DNA of 58,540 nt, the filler included, from Basidiobolus ranarum (lineage: Eukaryota), in NCBI GenBank assembly GCA_040143965.1. It is 5 parts of 5 records of this genome, joined end to end, with 100 filler letters (N's around TTAATTAATTAA, not from the genome) between each part and the next. Parts side by side here need not be neighbours in the genome. Positions count along the whole stretch, not along the records: positions 1 to 11,657 come from JASJQH010000598.1; positions 11,758 to 23,398 come from JASJQH010000599.1; 3 more parts are not named here. The stretch is one strand, 5' to 3'. Every line of letters starts with the position of its first letter. Within the stretch, counting starts at the first letter, position 1. Both the position numbers and the translations under genes were made by a program. Below are positions 1-11,859 of the stretch, one piece after another. The notes below the pieces were generated by a model that did not search any database, was not told the DNA's origin, and saw only the letters and a program-made list of their open reading frames with translations.

Positions 1-39
1 ATTTTTACCTTTGTTACTCCCTCCCACTCCACTTAACAG

Positions 40-385
40 TGTCTTAGATTCTACTGACTTAACTTTTCTGCTTTGCAACATTCATACAAATACTCCAGAT
101 CTCCATACATTGGTTAAGAAACTACAAAAGTAGTTATGGCTTCTTTGTTTTGTTTGAAATAAAGATTTCAACTTTTGGTGACTGTCTCCCCCCTAACCCT
201 AAGATTATTTCAGCCAAAAGTTAAGTCAGCATCTGAAGCAAGTCTGCACACTAGTTCCAGAGAATGAAATGATCACAAACGACCTGAAGGAGGAGTACCC
301 AAACGTTAAGTTCTACCTCGTTGAGAAGTGTAGTATACAGCAACTAAACCAGCTCAAGGATATTATCTTCGGAGGACTTGCTTAA
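40..385 (+). CDS. 3' exons of an unidentified protein-coding gene (5' part outside window)
   Basis: Exons 40-129 and 214-385 join in phase across a GT..CTAAC..CAG intron, giving ...VLDSTDLTFLLCNIHTNTPDLHTLVKKLQNQKLSQHLKQVCTLVPENEMITNDLKEEYPNVKFYLVEKCSIQQLNQLKDIIFGGLA*. Confidence 0.55.
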
Positions 386-3300
386 CACTTGGAGTTAACT
401 ACTTCTCTACACCAGCAACTTTTCTTATCGCCACAAATATGACGTCTCTACTGTTTGGTTCAATTGCAAAGATATATGAACTCACCCAGAATTGATCTTT
501 GGAATGCAATAAACATTCCTTAAAATGTGGTTGAATGGAATGATTTAGAATTTCTTTAGAGATATAAATGGTATGGGAATTCTCATTAATACCAGGAGTT
601 AGAACCGCATATCTAGCATACAAATGAGTAAAGAACCTGCTTAGGTAAGGTCGTCATTAGCAGTTTATTTTACCTGTCACTCCCAGTTCAAGGTGCCTGG
701 GTCTGGCTAGCATGAATTTATGTTCTTTCAGCAGCCGCTTGTCTTAGTGAATTATTTATGTACGCTATTGGATGATACATGTTCAGCCAATGAAATAGAA
801 TTGTTATTCGAAGTACCAGGTGAATATAGATTCGCACGTGATAAATATAGAGTAGGATCTGATCAATCTGGATTTTATAATCCAATATTATGGATGCACA
901 AGAGAATCACAATCTGGACAAACATTGATTGTGAATGAGAATATCTAATCTTCATTTGAAGCGTAAACGCGATACTATACCTATTAGAAAGTCAAAGTGC
1001 ATTCAGCGGGTTCACCATAAGGATCTCTCTAACCTTTAAGAGATCTCCTTTCAAACAAACTACTGTTACGAAATGACACAAACATGTAGTAGTTGTTGAA
1101 CTTTCTATCATAAAGAAAATTATGAGTCAGGAGCGAGAGTGCTGAAACCAAAGGCTGTAGAATTAGTTATGTTTATAAATTTCAAGTATAGAATCTGTAC
1201 AATAGCGATGCGTGATGTTATGTTTGGAATGTAGAGCAAGTGTTCACATTTTTTGCCTTACTTCTAGCTGGGAAGAAGAAAGATTGGTTGAGCAGAATGC
1301 TTGAGGGATGGACTGTGTTCGCTCGAAAGTCTAACAATGATATCAGTGTACTTGATACTACATTCCTTCGTTCCAAAAATAGCTCAAAGCAGAACTAAGT
1401 TGATCAGGAATTTGACCTTCTTATTTCCTCTTTGTAAATACATGTTTCTACTCAGTTCACAAGAACTGCTGAATAAATCACAAACTATCAAATTGAAGAG
1501 AACATATTCGAAAATATATCAGCTGATGTAAGTGGAATCTTAATTTTACGAATGGTGAAGTTGTGAGATTCTTCGAAGTAACACTTAGAGGTAAGAGGTC
1601 TGGCTGAAATCGTAATTGTTCGTTTAAGCCAATTTATTCAGATGGGTCATTGTGAATCGCTGCAAGATACTTGGTACCTAATAGGTCAAATCTCCTTTGA
1701 CTTAAGTGAGATGGACCAAATCCACTGCTGTCACAGTTTGTTACAATACAAATTCATTTTAAGTATCTCTTCATACAGAGGCCTTGTAATTACAACTATA
1801 TCTAAATACAAATGATATATACTAGTGAATCTTTGCAGTACAGTCTGCTCAAGTTGTAATTCAAGCTATTGGTATTATCCCTGTACTATCGAGATTTGTT
1901 GCTAGCGGTAGCAAATGCTCGTTACACAACGCAGCATTGACATGGGTAATATCAAGCTCTCCGTTTGCAAATAAAGAGGATAAACTACATGTTCATCCAC
2001 TCTTCGTCATATGTAGTAACCGGACTGAAATCATGGCCTCCATTATCTATGTTACTAAAAGCAGTGGCATGATGGTATTGAACCTCTCCTGAGGTAATCA
2101 TATATAACTATGACTATTGAGAAATATAACATCATGTTCTGCAGCCTCAATACTGTCCAATGTAATTCCGTATGTGTCGATAAGAATATATTAAATGGCT
2201 TGCAAGATCGCTTCCAGAAATGTCTCAGGATCCTAATGTAATGATTTAAGGCATATACACACTATCATTGTGAAAGATATATGAGTAGGGTAGTGTGTTT
2301 TTATGAATATCCTGATGTAAACGCTGAAGCTGATTGTTCCTGTCATTTTAATTATCTCTATCCTTGTACATCCATTTCGTATATCATATCTGAGATATTG
2401 ACATTGTTTTGTCAAACATCATCTAACTCAAAATTGTCACGTATATCCAAGATATTTGTGAATTATCCAAGAATTATCGAAGTTAAACTTTAAAAAAACT
2501 TCCGCTTTATTGAGGGATGTTAAAGAAATGGGGGCAATGGTAGACACGTATGCAGTCTATGGTATATTAGCAGCTTCTCTGAAAGTTACCAACTATTGGT
2601 TAATGCCGAACATATAGAATATACTCACCTCTGCACTAATTGTTTTGTTGTCCAATGCTGACTCAATTTTAGCACTGGTGAATGTATCCATTCCTTCATC
2701 TTTTGTACAGAAACATACATCCTGGATACCATAGTAATAATTCCGGGCCAATTTTGCTCGCTTAGTATACTCTAACAGTTATACTTCCACTAATTCTCAT
2801 AATCTCTTTGATATATGGTATTGTCAACTTGTATTGAGAAGCCATGTTGTTTGCGTTAACTCATGCTTACAGCTACCTGAACATGGAGGTTTTGAGCTCG
2901 TGAGATCTCTATCCAATTGAATGTTGTATCTTGTGCATTCCTCAATGATTAGTCTTAACCCACCACTCAGTGAAAGTCCACAAAGATCACTTTTTAACTT
3001 GCTAGTTGGCATGTCTGAAGAAATCACCAATTTTGGTCTAATTTTCATTTTAAGCAGTCATCTAGCAGTCACAGAACAGCAAGCCCACAAACACACTCTG
3101 TATCATGGTTTATTAAACAATTGCTAATTCTAATACTCCAACTAGTTGTTCTACTAATACTCCTACTGCTAAATCAGCTATATGAGTGATTACCTGCTTC
3201 ATATTTCCAGTAAAGTTGAAGCCTTTACATCATTTCTCTCTTGCACACCAAACCAACGCTTTCGCATTATAGAGATAGCGGTATTTCAGCTCGAAACTCG

Positions 3301-3707
3301 TCATAGGATACACTAAAAGAGTTTCTGAAAGCCTCTGTTTCTATTTGGCATTACCTGGATTGATATTGCTGGGAGCGGCACATAGCTCGAGTCCTAGACA
3401 ATTCATCTACGTTAACATTGTGATTAACAATTGTTGTGCTTCAGTCAAAGTCCAATGCGAAATTGGGTATAAAGTTTAAATGTCTTAACAATTTTCACCA
3501 GCTACAGCGTAAATAAATGAAGGAAGGAAATATATAGACACAAAAAACACAATCAGATAACAAAGAAATGATAAATATATACGTAAATAAATGGATTTGT
3601 CCGTAATGATGAATCATTGTATATTCTCATATCTGAATCCGTTTTCAAACGACATGGTTGGTTAGATTAAGCAAAATGTAAGCACACATACGAAGTTCGG
3701 GAAAAGT

Positions 3708-4203
3708 TCAAGATACATCCAAGCTAGCATAGTCATAATAAACAGCATATCTATCGGGGTGTTCACATGCAGTCCTAGCCCCTCAAGCCTTCTCAACCCA
3801 TCTTCCATCGCCGTGTCGACAGAATCTCTGACCAGGACATCGGCAAGTACCTGGATGATTGTGTCCATGATAACCAGAGCTAGATCCATTGCCTATACCT
3901 ATGATGTCTGGTTCCTGAGTCTTGCTGAGAACCTGAGCTCATATGCTTTTTGGTGTAGTCACAAATAGACAGCCTTCGGTCCATTTTGCAGGCAAGCTGT
4001 ACTAGATCCGCACTGCTTGTGAACCCACTCATCATTGTTGCATTGTAGAAAACTTTGCCCATTGCATTGGTAGGCGCCAATCTTGCATCTCTCTGGTGCA
4101 AGGCGTTTGCTATTGGCACTACAGTCGCAGTAAGCAGCATTTGAGCCATTTTGAACAAATTTTGTTCATTATCTGAGCTCAGATCAGCCATTATTTTATC
4201 CAC
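3708..4203 (-). pseudogene. Pseudogene of a Cys-rich protein with tandem CBM19-like chitin-binding modules
   Basis: A frame not shown in the ORF track reads CVQNGSNAAYCD..CKIGAYQCNGQSFLQCNNDEWVHKQCGSSTACLQNGPKAVY, then a frameshift near 3960, then CDY..GTCRCPGQRFCRHGDGRWVEKA*GARTACEHPDRYAVYYDY. Premature TGA at 3783-3785; CTAAC..TAG acceptor at ~4204. Confidence 0.65.
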
Positions 4204-4612
4204 TATAGATGTTAGTATTGATTGCCCACTCTAAAAATCCCCGTAATCAAGCGGCTCTTTGGATGTATTATTGGATTGTTCAATACACCTTCATGAGAAA
4301 GTTTATTTCCCGGGTTAATGCTTTAGAGATATCAATTATGTGCTACTGTGGATATGAAGCAGCCAAATCGTCTATTAACTACGTGCTTATACGTACTCCA
4401 ATATCACTTTTATATCCCTTCACATTCCAACGTTTGATGAATAAACAATGCGTCTACGCGCTATTCAACTATATTTAGTCTGCTGGTTCCCCTTACCAAT
4501 ACCCATTAGTTCTCTCATTGAGATTTATTTCTCTGTTCTTAACCTTCATCGCGCTATCTCTCTATATTCGTCTTCAGTACCCCAGTGTTTATTTCGAATA
4601 TTTTAATTTCTG

Positions 4613-6387
4613 ATGGCGAAGAAGAGTTTTATACGCGGAAATCTGCCAATATGTTTTGTTGCTATTATGTTAGGCTGGTCCTACTATACATATGTGTTTA
4701 GTCTTGTTGGTAAGTATATTTGCGACCATCCCTCTACCACTAGATCCAATCACTCTAACATCCCTTGTAGCCGAGTTGATCTCATATAATTTCGAGCAAG
4801 CAAGTAAGAACTGTTTCTCCAGACACAACTTTACCTCACATAGAGTTTGCTTACTGATACCTTCCTAGTTGCCCAACTCTCTATATTTAGTATCCTCTTT
4901 GCTTTGGTTGTTGTGAGCTACCTTCGTGCTCTTTTAACACACGCCGGTTCGCCAATTCAGGTAACTTCCCACGTGATTGTTTTGCATGCGAATCTGGGAT
5001 TCTTACACCTGTGCTTATTCTTGACTAGTTCAACGTTATGCATGACAGTAAAGGTCATGTGAGTCAAAGAGAGCTATTAGCTGCAGAAAGCCAAGAATCT
5101 CTTCCAAGCTTAAATTCGGATACTTGGTGCGATACCTACAATAACTCCTCAGTTCGAAAACCAGATATGGCCATGGTATTACCAGGTGCTGGCCAATATG
5201 ATACTATGAAAAGTACTAAATGGGTGCTTGAAGGTAGCGGACCTGATCAAATCCAGGTTAGCTATTGTAATCATTGCGGGACGCATAAACCTCAACGCTG
5301 TCATCATTGCTCCAGCTGTGATCAATGCATTCTGAAGATGGACCAGTACGTATATTTGAGTGGTTTAGTTTCTAGCCTTAACACGCGTCCTTTTCTTTTG
5401 TACTAAAAGCACCTATTTTCTCCTGCCAATCTTGTGGAATCTAGCCATTGTCCATGGTAAGTGCGACACGATTCTATTCGATGAACCTGTTCTAATCACT
5501 ATTGTATATCATTTCAGGATTAATAGATGTGTTGGCTGGCGCAATTATAAAATATTTATTTTATTGATATTTTATACGTCGCTCTACTGCATCTACATCC
5601 CTGCGTCAGTGATCTATCCAGTTGTAACACGATACAGGGTGAGTTGATTCTGCACAAGCATCCATTTGCATATGTGCTGGCTGGCTGACTGACCAATACA
5701 TTGAATAGGAAGGGCTTGGGATTCACATCGAATGGACTATTTTGATATCACTGACCACCTTTGTTGGTATCTTCTTGGTTGCATTGACGGTGTTTCATGC
5801 CAAGTTAATCATGAGAAATCAGACAACCATCGAAAGCATTAGACAAAAGCAAAAGCATGTGGAAACCAAAGTGAATGTCTATGATCTGGGGCCAATAGAA
5901 AATTGGAAAGCCATTATGGGCTCGAACCTGTGGTTTTGGTTTGGTAAAGAACAATAATTCTGGTAGCTCTAGTGGCTGCATATTCTCGCATGAAATGCCA
6001 CCATACTAATCCTTGTTAACCTTTGCATCCGGAAAATAGTGCCCACTGTCAACAGGTATGTCCGAGTTTCCTCTCCGTATTGAAGTACCAGATTTTAACT
6101 TTAAAAATAGTTCAGGTGATGGCTATGAATTTCCACAGACGATCGATACCGAAACCTACGTTAAAACCATGCAAGAACGACGCTTTTCCACCAAGACCAC
6201 TAACTCTACAGAACCATCCTTTACCACTACCAAATCTAGTCATAGAACCACCATCGATTCCTCCGACAACGTTTCAACCATTACCTCACAATCAGGCAAC
6301 TCGACCACCTCCACCACAAGTCTACCACACGAAGTGATTAGTATCACGTTGCCACCTATACCCAAGTTTACACCACTTCATGTATAA
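4613..6387 (+). CDS. DHHC palmitoyltransferase (Pfa3/ZDHHC2-15-20-like), multi-exon
   Basis: [42 protein letters not shown] after splicing; NQTTIE motif; YDLG..NW..IMG..WF.P...GDG motif; about 4 TM segments; Ser/Thr-rich tail. Confidence 0.93.
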
Positions 6388-8199
6388 CCAGTATATACCG
6401 GATATTTTATACCACTAACGAAAACTTACGTTTTGGGAACCATCAGTTGTTGGATGTTTATAATCAAACAGGTGCTTTAATAACTGAATTATTTTTCTAT
6501 TCTCCCTAGAATTGAGTTTATTTAACTCTAATAATCACTACGAATCTTTCATATGAAAGAGAGAATTATCTTTTTCGAAATACCTTGAAGTAAACAATTC
6601 TTTTCAATCTATCTCACCTCCTCTCATGTCACACATGTTATTGGTTTCGTTGTCGTTTTCGGTTCTGGTTTCTGTCACTACAAGCAACTATGGCCTACAC
6701 TGGAATTCTCCACACGTGACATCGAGCCTACCCAATTAGTTGATCATTGATTAAAGATATTGCTGCCACGGGGATTTAGTATCACCTAAAAATATGACGT
6801 GGCGTTAAATAAACTATTGATTCTAATGGAAGGGAATGGCTAGACTGGATTTAAGATAGCAATTATGTTTCTCCATCCCAGTAAGTCTCCACCGAATTGC
6901 ATGTGAATTTCCCCTAACAAGTTGGAAGACATAATAATTGTGAATGAATCAACCTCACCGGGGTGGGGAGTAGTCGGCTAAGATGATAACCGCAACCAAC
7001 CGGTTCATGCATAGTTTAGATCATGAGAGTGGTGATGAACCTCCATGATGACTCACTACTTCTCTCGATAACATTACCATTACCCTTGAATCTCAAGTAT
7101 AAGAAGAGATATACACCTGCTTGTCAATCATTCAAGTTTCATGAAGTTTGATAGTGCTAAAACTAGGTTTGACTAGTTCACAGATACTTGGGGGATGTAA
7201 GATATCCATGCAGCTGGATATATGTAAGCATGTATATTTAACTACGTTCATTTATGACCTACCAAGCTTTACTTTTATTATACTCAAAAGTGCCCAGGGG
7301 TTCCAATTAACGATGAAAATCCTAGACTCCAACAACAATTACACCGACAATGACTGTAGATCGAGTGGTTTTTTTGGGTTGATTATAATGGATACGTTTA
7401 ACTAGATCAGTAAGAGTGGAGAGGGAAACTAGTGACTGATGACTAGTAAAGCATTTGATTGATTGGTTTACATATCTATCGAAATTCCAGATTTTTCTGA
7501 GTGTTAAGTGTGAATATGGCTCCATGAATAACCACTATTTCCATTCAAGCCATAGAAGTTGTAAGTAAAGGGGCGGGGGATCATCGTTGAAATGAATTGG
7601 TATTCGATAGCTAACCCCCATAGGAGATAAAATCGATACATATCTACGCTTATACAGTCAGAACATTGACCATCATTATGTAGAGAGTATATTGATCACT
7701 GGAGGTAGTATTCCAAGTGTCTGCATAGTACAGATGCGCCCACTTACTTAGAGTGTGGAGCCATAGATTCAAATCATCGCTTGTATCAAAGCTGGAGAAA
7801 AGAAAGGAGAGATATGAATTCCAACTCCACTTGACAACGTATGCATAATTTATCAGACTAAGATCATTCACATACGAACAGGATATTCAGTGATTCTTGG
7901 ATGGGGTCTGAAAGGAAGCCAGAGAAATATATTCAAAAGAGCAGGCGTAAACAATCAAGTAAGATAGCTAGCTAATTGCCTTGGTGTATACATGATACAA
8001 TAAATCTACGGGAAAGTAGGAACAAAGTGATGAGAAAGTACAACTAAGCTGCTGGATCAGGTGCCTACAAGGTGGGGGGGGAAGAAGACTATGATGCTTG
8101 GCTAGGAAATTCTCCTCACTAAATCAGCCACTCGGTGATTTTATGTACGGTTGAGTTCGGGCAGATAGGTAGGACAATAGGATAAGAGAAACAATCTGT

Positions 8200-9134
8200 T
8201 TAGATGGGTGTTAAATAAACCAAAGTATGGTAATTTGATGATGCACTAGGATGTAGAGGATACTCGTCAACAGAACAATTCATAGCTCTCATCCCCGAAC
8301 TGGCGCTGAATGCACGCCTGTGCATTCTCAATGGAGAGGGCGGGGATTTAGGGGTGGAGAGTAAACGCGGACTGAGTCTTGGTGATGTACGAGTAGCATG
8401 TATCACTGGCTCAAAAGGAAACAATTCTCGTTTAGTCTCTTCTTTAACTCGATTTTTTTCTCGTTTTCGAGGCTTTTCAGGCAATGCAATAGCTCGGTTA
8501 TGAGAGCTCTTTTCATCTAACATTGGATTATTAGTTAGTAAAGAATAAGCCAGAATGATTCTCAAAATATACATACTACGTGGTTGAGCCAAGGCTATCG
8601 AAGCCTCCTTTACCCACTTGGTTAGCGCTTTACGTCTCCCTATTATCAAAGTAAGGTATTAATTTACAGTGAAATGAACTAGATTCTATGTAAAAAGTAT
8701 CCACATTTCGCCTCGATGTTACGAACAATCTGCATCCTTAGTCTATTGGTATCCGGTTTAAATCTAGGACGTCTCGGGGCAAGTTGAATCTTCGGTATGG
8801 AAGTTACATATTCAAGATCATATTCTTTATATGTAGTCATGGGCAATAAAGTTTCGAACCCTTTCCTTACCCAGATATGATAAGCAGCTTTAAGTGTGTT
8901 AGAAGCGGGAATCCAAATGTATTCCAATATGTAGTGAAGAGGATCGAACATCTTTGGAATGTAAGTAAACCAAGCTCTGTGGAAAGAGAGAAGCACGGTA
9001 GAAGTATTTTTAAATAAAGGTATGGTAAATGGCGCCAGGAGTATGGCCAGCACGATCTTAACCGAAACTTTGGAGTAACTTAATAGCCACACCACCAACT
9101 GTGAAGCAAAAGTGTTACGACGTGAAAGCTCCAT
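8200..9134 (-). CDS. Hypothetical protein with hydrophobic N-terminus, spliced; 3' end uncertain
   Basis: ORFs 8679-9134 and 8200-8649 can be joined by short GT-AG introns; N-terminal hydrophobic segment, then a basic, Ser/Pro-rich region; family not recognised. Confidence 0.5.
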
Positions 9135-10734
9135 TGCTAAGTAGAAGAGGTAAAAAGGAAAATGCTTTGGTAAGTTTCACTACCGTGTGAGTAGTGTTAA
9201 AGTACAGTTCACACAGCTCGTAAAGTAAGTCCCGCTCTCTCGCTATAGAAATTACAATAACAAAGAGAGTGCACCCAAGAAATATTTAGCGAAAGTTGGT
9301 CAACAGAGGGATAAGAGTCGAGTTAGATAAGTCTTGCTGAACAATAACAAACAATGTTACATAAAGCCCCCATCTGAGGGTGAGAACAGGAAGAAGGGGG
9401 TGAGGGACAGGAATGGGTGGTGGAAAAAAGCGGATGAGTGTGTGGTAAAACGAGGTTGAGTTTTAATAAATCCCTCATATGATCCAAACATTCCCAGACT
9501 TCTCGAGTGATACTGGTATTCTGAGATGTAGATGACGGTTTTGATTGCGGTCCCAACATCTTGATCAATCAATGACTATAGTGGGTTTTATTAGTGGACT
9601 TTATTAAATGTAGAGCTAATCAGTGTGAATTAGTCTCACCACCAGTTTCGTCAAGTTTATTGAGAGGAGATTATCCAGGTTTCAGTAATCGATCTACTTG
9701 TATGAATGATTGGAAGCACAGCGGATCCTGAGGCATGACCAGGGCTAGTACTCTCAAGTCACCCATGATTGGATCACAAGAATTCTCCCTGCTGCACAGA
9801 TGAAATTCTAACAGAGGCGTTTGTGTCGATATTTGCTTGTTGATATTTCTAGTACACTTAGGAGGGTTTCCCCAAACGTAATAAAATTCCCGGAATTACT
9901 GTTTGGTGACTGCAGTTACCCAACTTGGTTTTTTGTCTTCCGCTAGGGCTCATTTTGATTACAAGAAACTTCTCATTTCAATGGCATCAGCGAATCCATA
10001 GACCTTGCATCTGCTCATTCTGTCGCAGAATCCTTTTAATGTATGTGGTCCCTTGGTCTCAATCATCGGTTACAGATTAATATTTGGCATTCTCCATGCA
10101 TTTCAATATCCATCGGTATCTGTATAGTTCTCAGTTGGTGAAGAACCGATGTTTTATGAATCAGGAGTATGTATCACTTGGTTTTGGTTTGAGATGACTG
10201 AAACATGAAATTCTTGGGTACTAGGTTCGGTGTACTCTGAAGCCCGAGTTGGCTCATTCAACCCTTGGAATTGTGGACTTGACCCTCTCAACGTTTCTGG
10301 GTATTATAAACGCGAGTATGGTTGATGTATTTGACTTGAATATGTATATATTGAGGCGATACTACTACAAACGCAATAGTTCCAGATATATGTAAGTCGA
10401 CTAATATATCAATAATCAGAAATGTGACGACCCTTAAGTAGATAATCACTTGGAGTTCTGTAGCAATCTGTACCTGTTATTCTGCTATGTTTGAGATAGT
10501 GATAATATGTATATATGATGACTCACTGCAATGTCTTGATGTGACTTCAGTATTTGTAAAGGTGAAGTAATGGTAATGTTGTAGATGAACTTTTGTTCAA
10601 TAGTCGTGTTAAAAGCCATGGATAACATCGGCTAGCAGTGCATTCTCTGCTCCGATATGCCTCAATGATGTAGTAGTCAAATGAAAAGCATCTGGTCTCC
10701 ATAGATTCTTAGATTGAATCTATAATGGTAAATG

Positions 10735-11657
10735 CGGTGTTATAAGGTTTTCACCTTATCAACACAAAAACTCATTATTTAGCTAAAGTTTTCTTTATAT
10801 TCAAACCATATTGAAAATTTGCAGTTATATTTTGCATGCTATTTTACTCACATAGCCAGAATTTCAAAGCCAAATAACCATTTTTAAAAAATTTTGTTAT
10901 TTAAATATTTTATTCATATTTATCCAAATACTTGGGTGAAATTATATCACAGAATTAGTGCATGAAATATTATTGCCAATTTTTGCTCAAATATTCCACA
11001 CTAGATATGTAAACCAAAGATAGTATTTTCCAATATGTATTACCTTATTCCTAGTTGCCAATTTATGATTTCCAAGTTTTCAAGCATTTATACAGCACAT
11101 GTACGAGTCTTTGTACTCAGCTTTATAAACATATCAGAAGCTTGAAGTATTCAAAATAAAGCATCCATAAACCAATCCTAAAATATCTTATGTCTTTATT
11201 ATTGGGTAAAGATAAAAATATTTTACAGGTATAAAGGAAATAGTGCAAGTGGGTAATCCAAACTGCAGGAAGTACTTGCTACTACAAAGAGTGACCAGTA
11301 ATCAGGAAAGAAAGATCAAAGAAGTAAAGAAATTAGTTTCTAATCATTGCTAGCTTCCAGCAATTACCTACAAGTAGAGTTCTGACTTTGGCCACATAAA
11401 GTTGTCACAGAAATATTGTGTTTTGTGGCATATGTCCTTTTTAAGTTGTTAGTCCATCTGGAAACTGTTTGCTTCCATGAATCACCAACCTAAAATGAAA
11501 TTTGTTATTAGTATTTCCAAAGGATGTAATGTTTCACTACTTGTAAAGCTGCTTGATTCCAGAATATCATATAATAGTTTGTTCTCCTTGGTTTCAGTAC
11601 TTGTAGTGAAGTTTGAGACAGGATTATTGCTTGTTGGTTTTCTGCTAGGAATATTCA
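10735..11657. repeat. CpG-depleted, AT-rich repeat/TE relic running into the segment end
   Basis: Near-complete absence of CG dinucleotides, no intact ORF, terminates at the linker. Confidence 0.4.
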
Positions 11658-11757
11658 NNNNNNNNNNNNNNNNNNNNNNNNNNNNNNNNNNNNNNNNNNN
11701 NTTAATTAATTAANNNNNNNNNNNNNNNNNNNNNNNNNNNNNNNNNNNNNNNNNNNN
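11658..11757. other. Artificial 100-nt N linker with TTAATTAATTAA (stops in all six frames)
   Basis: N44-TTAATTAATTAA-N44, identical at four places. Confidence 0.97.
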
Positions 11758-11859
11758 TGTTTCCAAAATGGTAAATAACATTGTGCCAGATAGTGCCCAA
11801 TCATGCCAATTTGTGCTGGCACACTTTTTAGCTGGCCTGATCTGGCTCAATAAAATGGA

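Noticed and set aside
10742..10759. ATAAGGT-TTTC-ACCTTAT hairpin at the repeat boundary as a Helitron 3' end
   Set aside because: AT-rich stem, no properly spaced CTRR terminus and no Rep/helicase remnant seen
11702..11713. TTAATTAATTAA palindrome recurring every ~11.7 kb
   Set aside because: Always centred in N-runs; an artificial six-frame stop linker, not a biological periodic element
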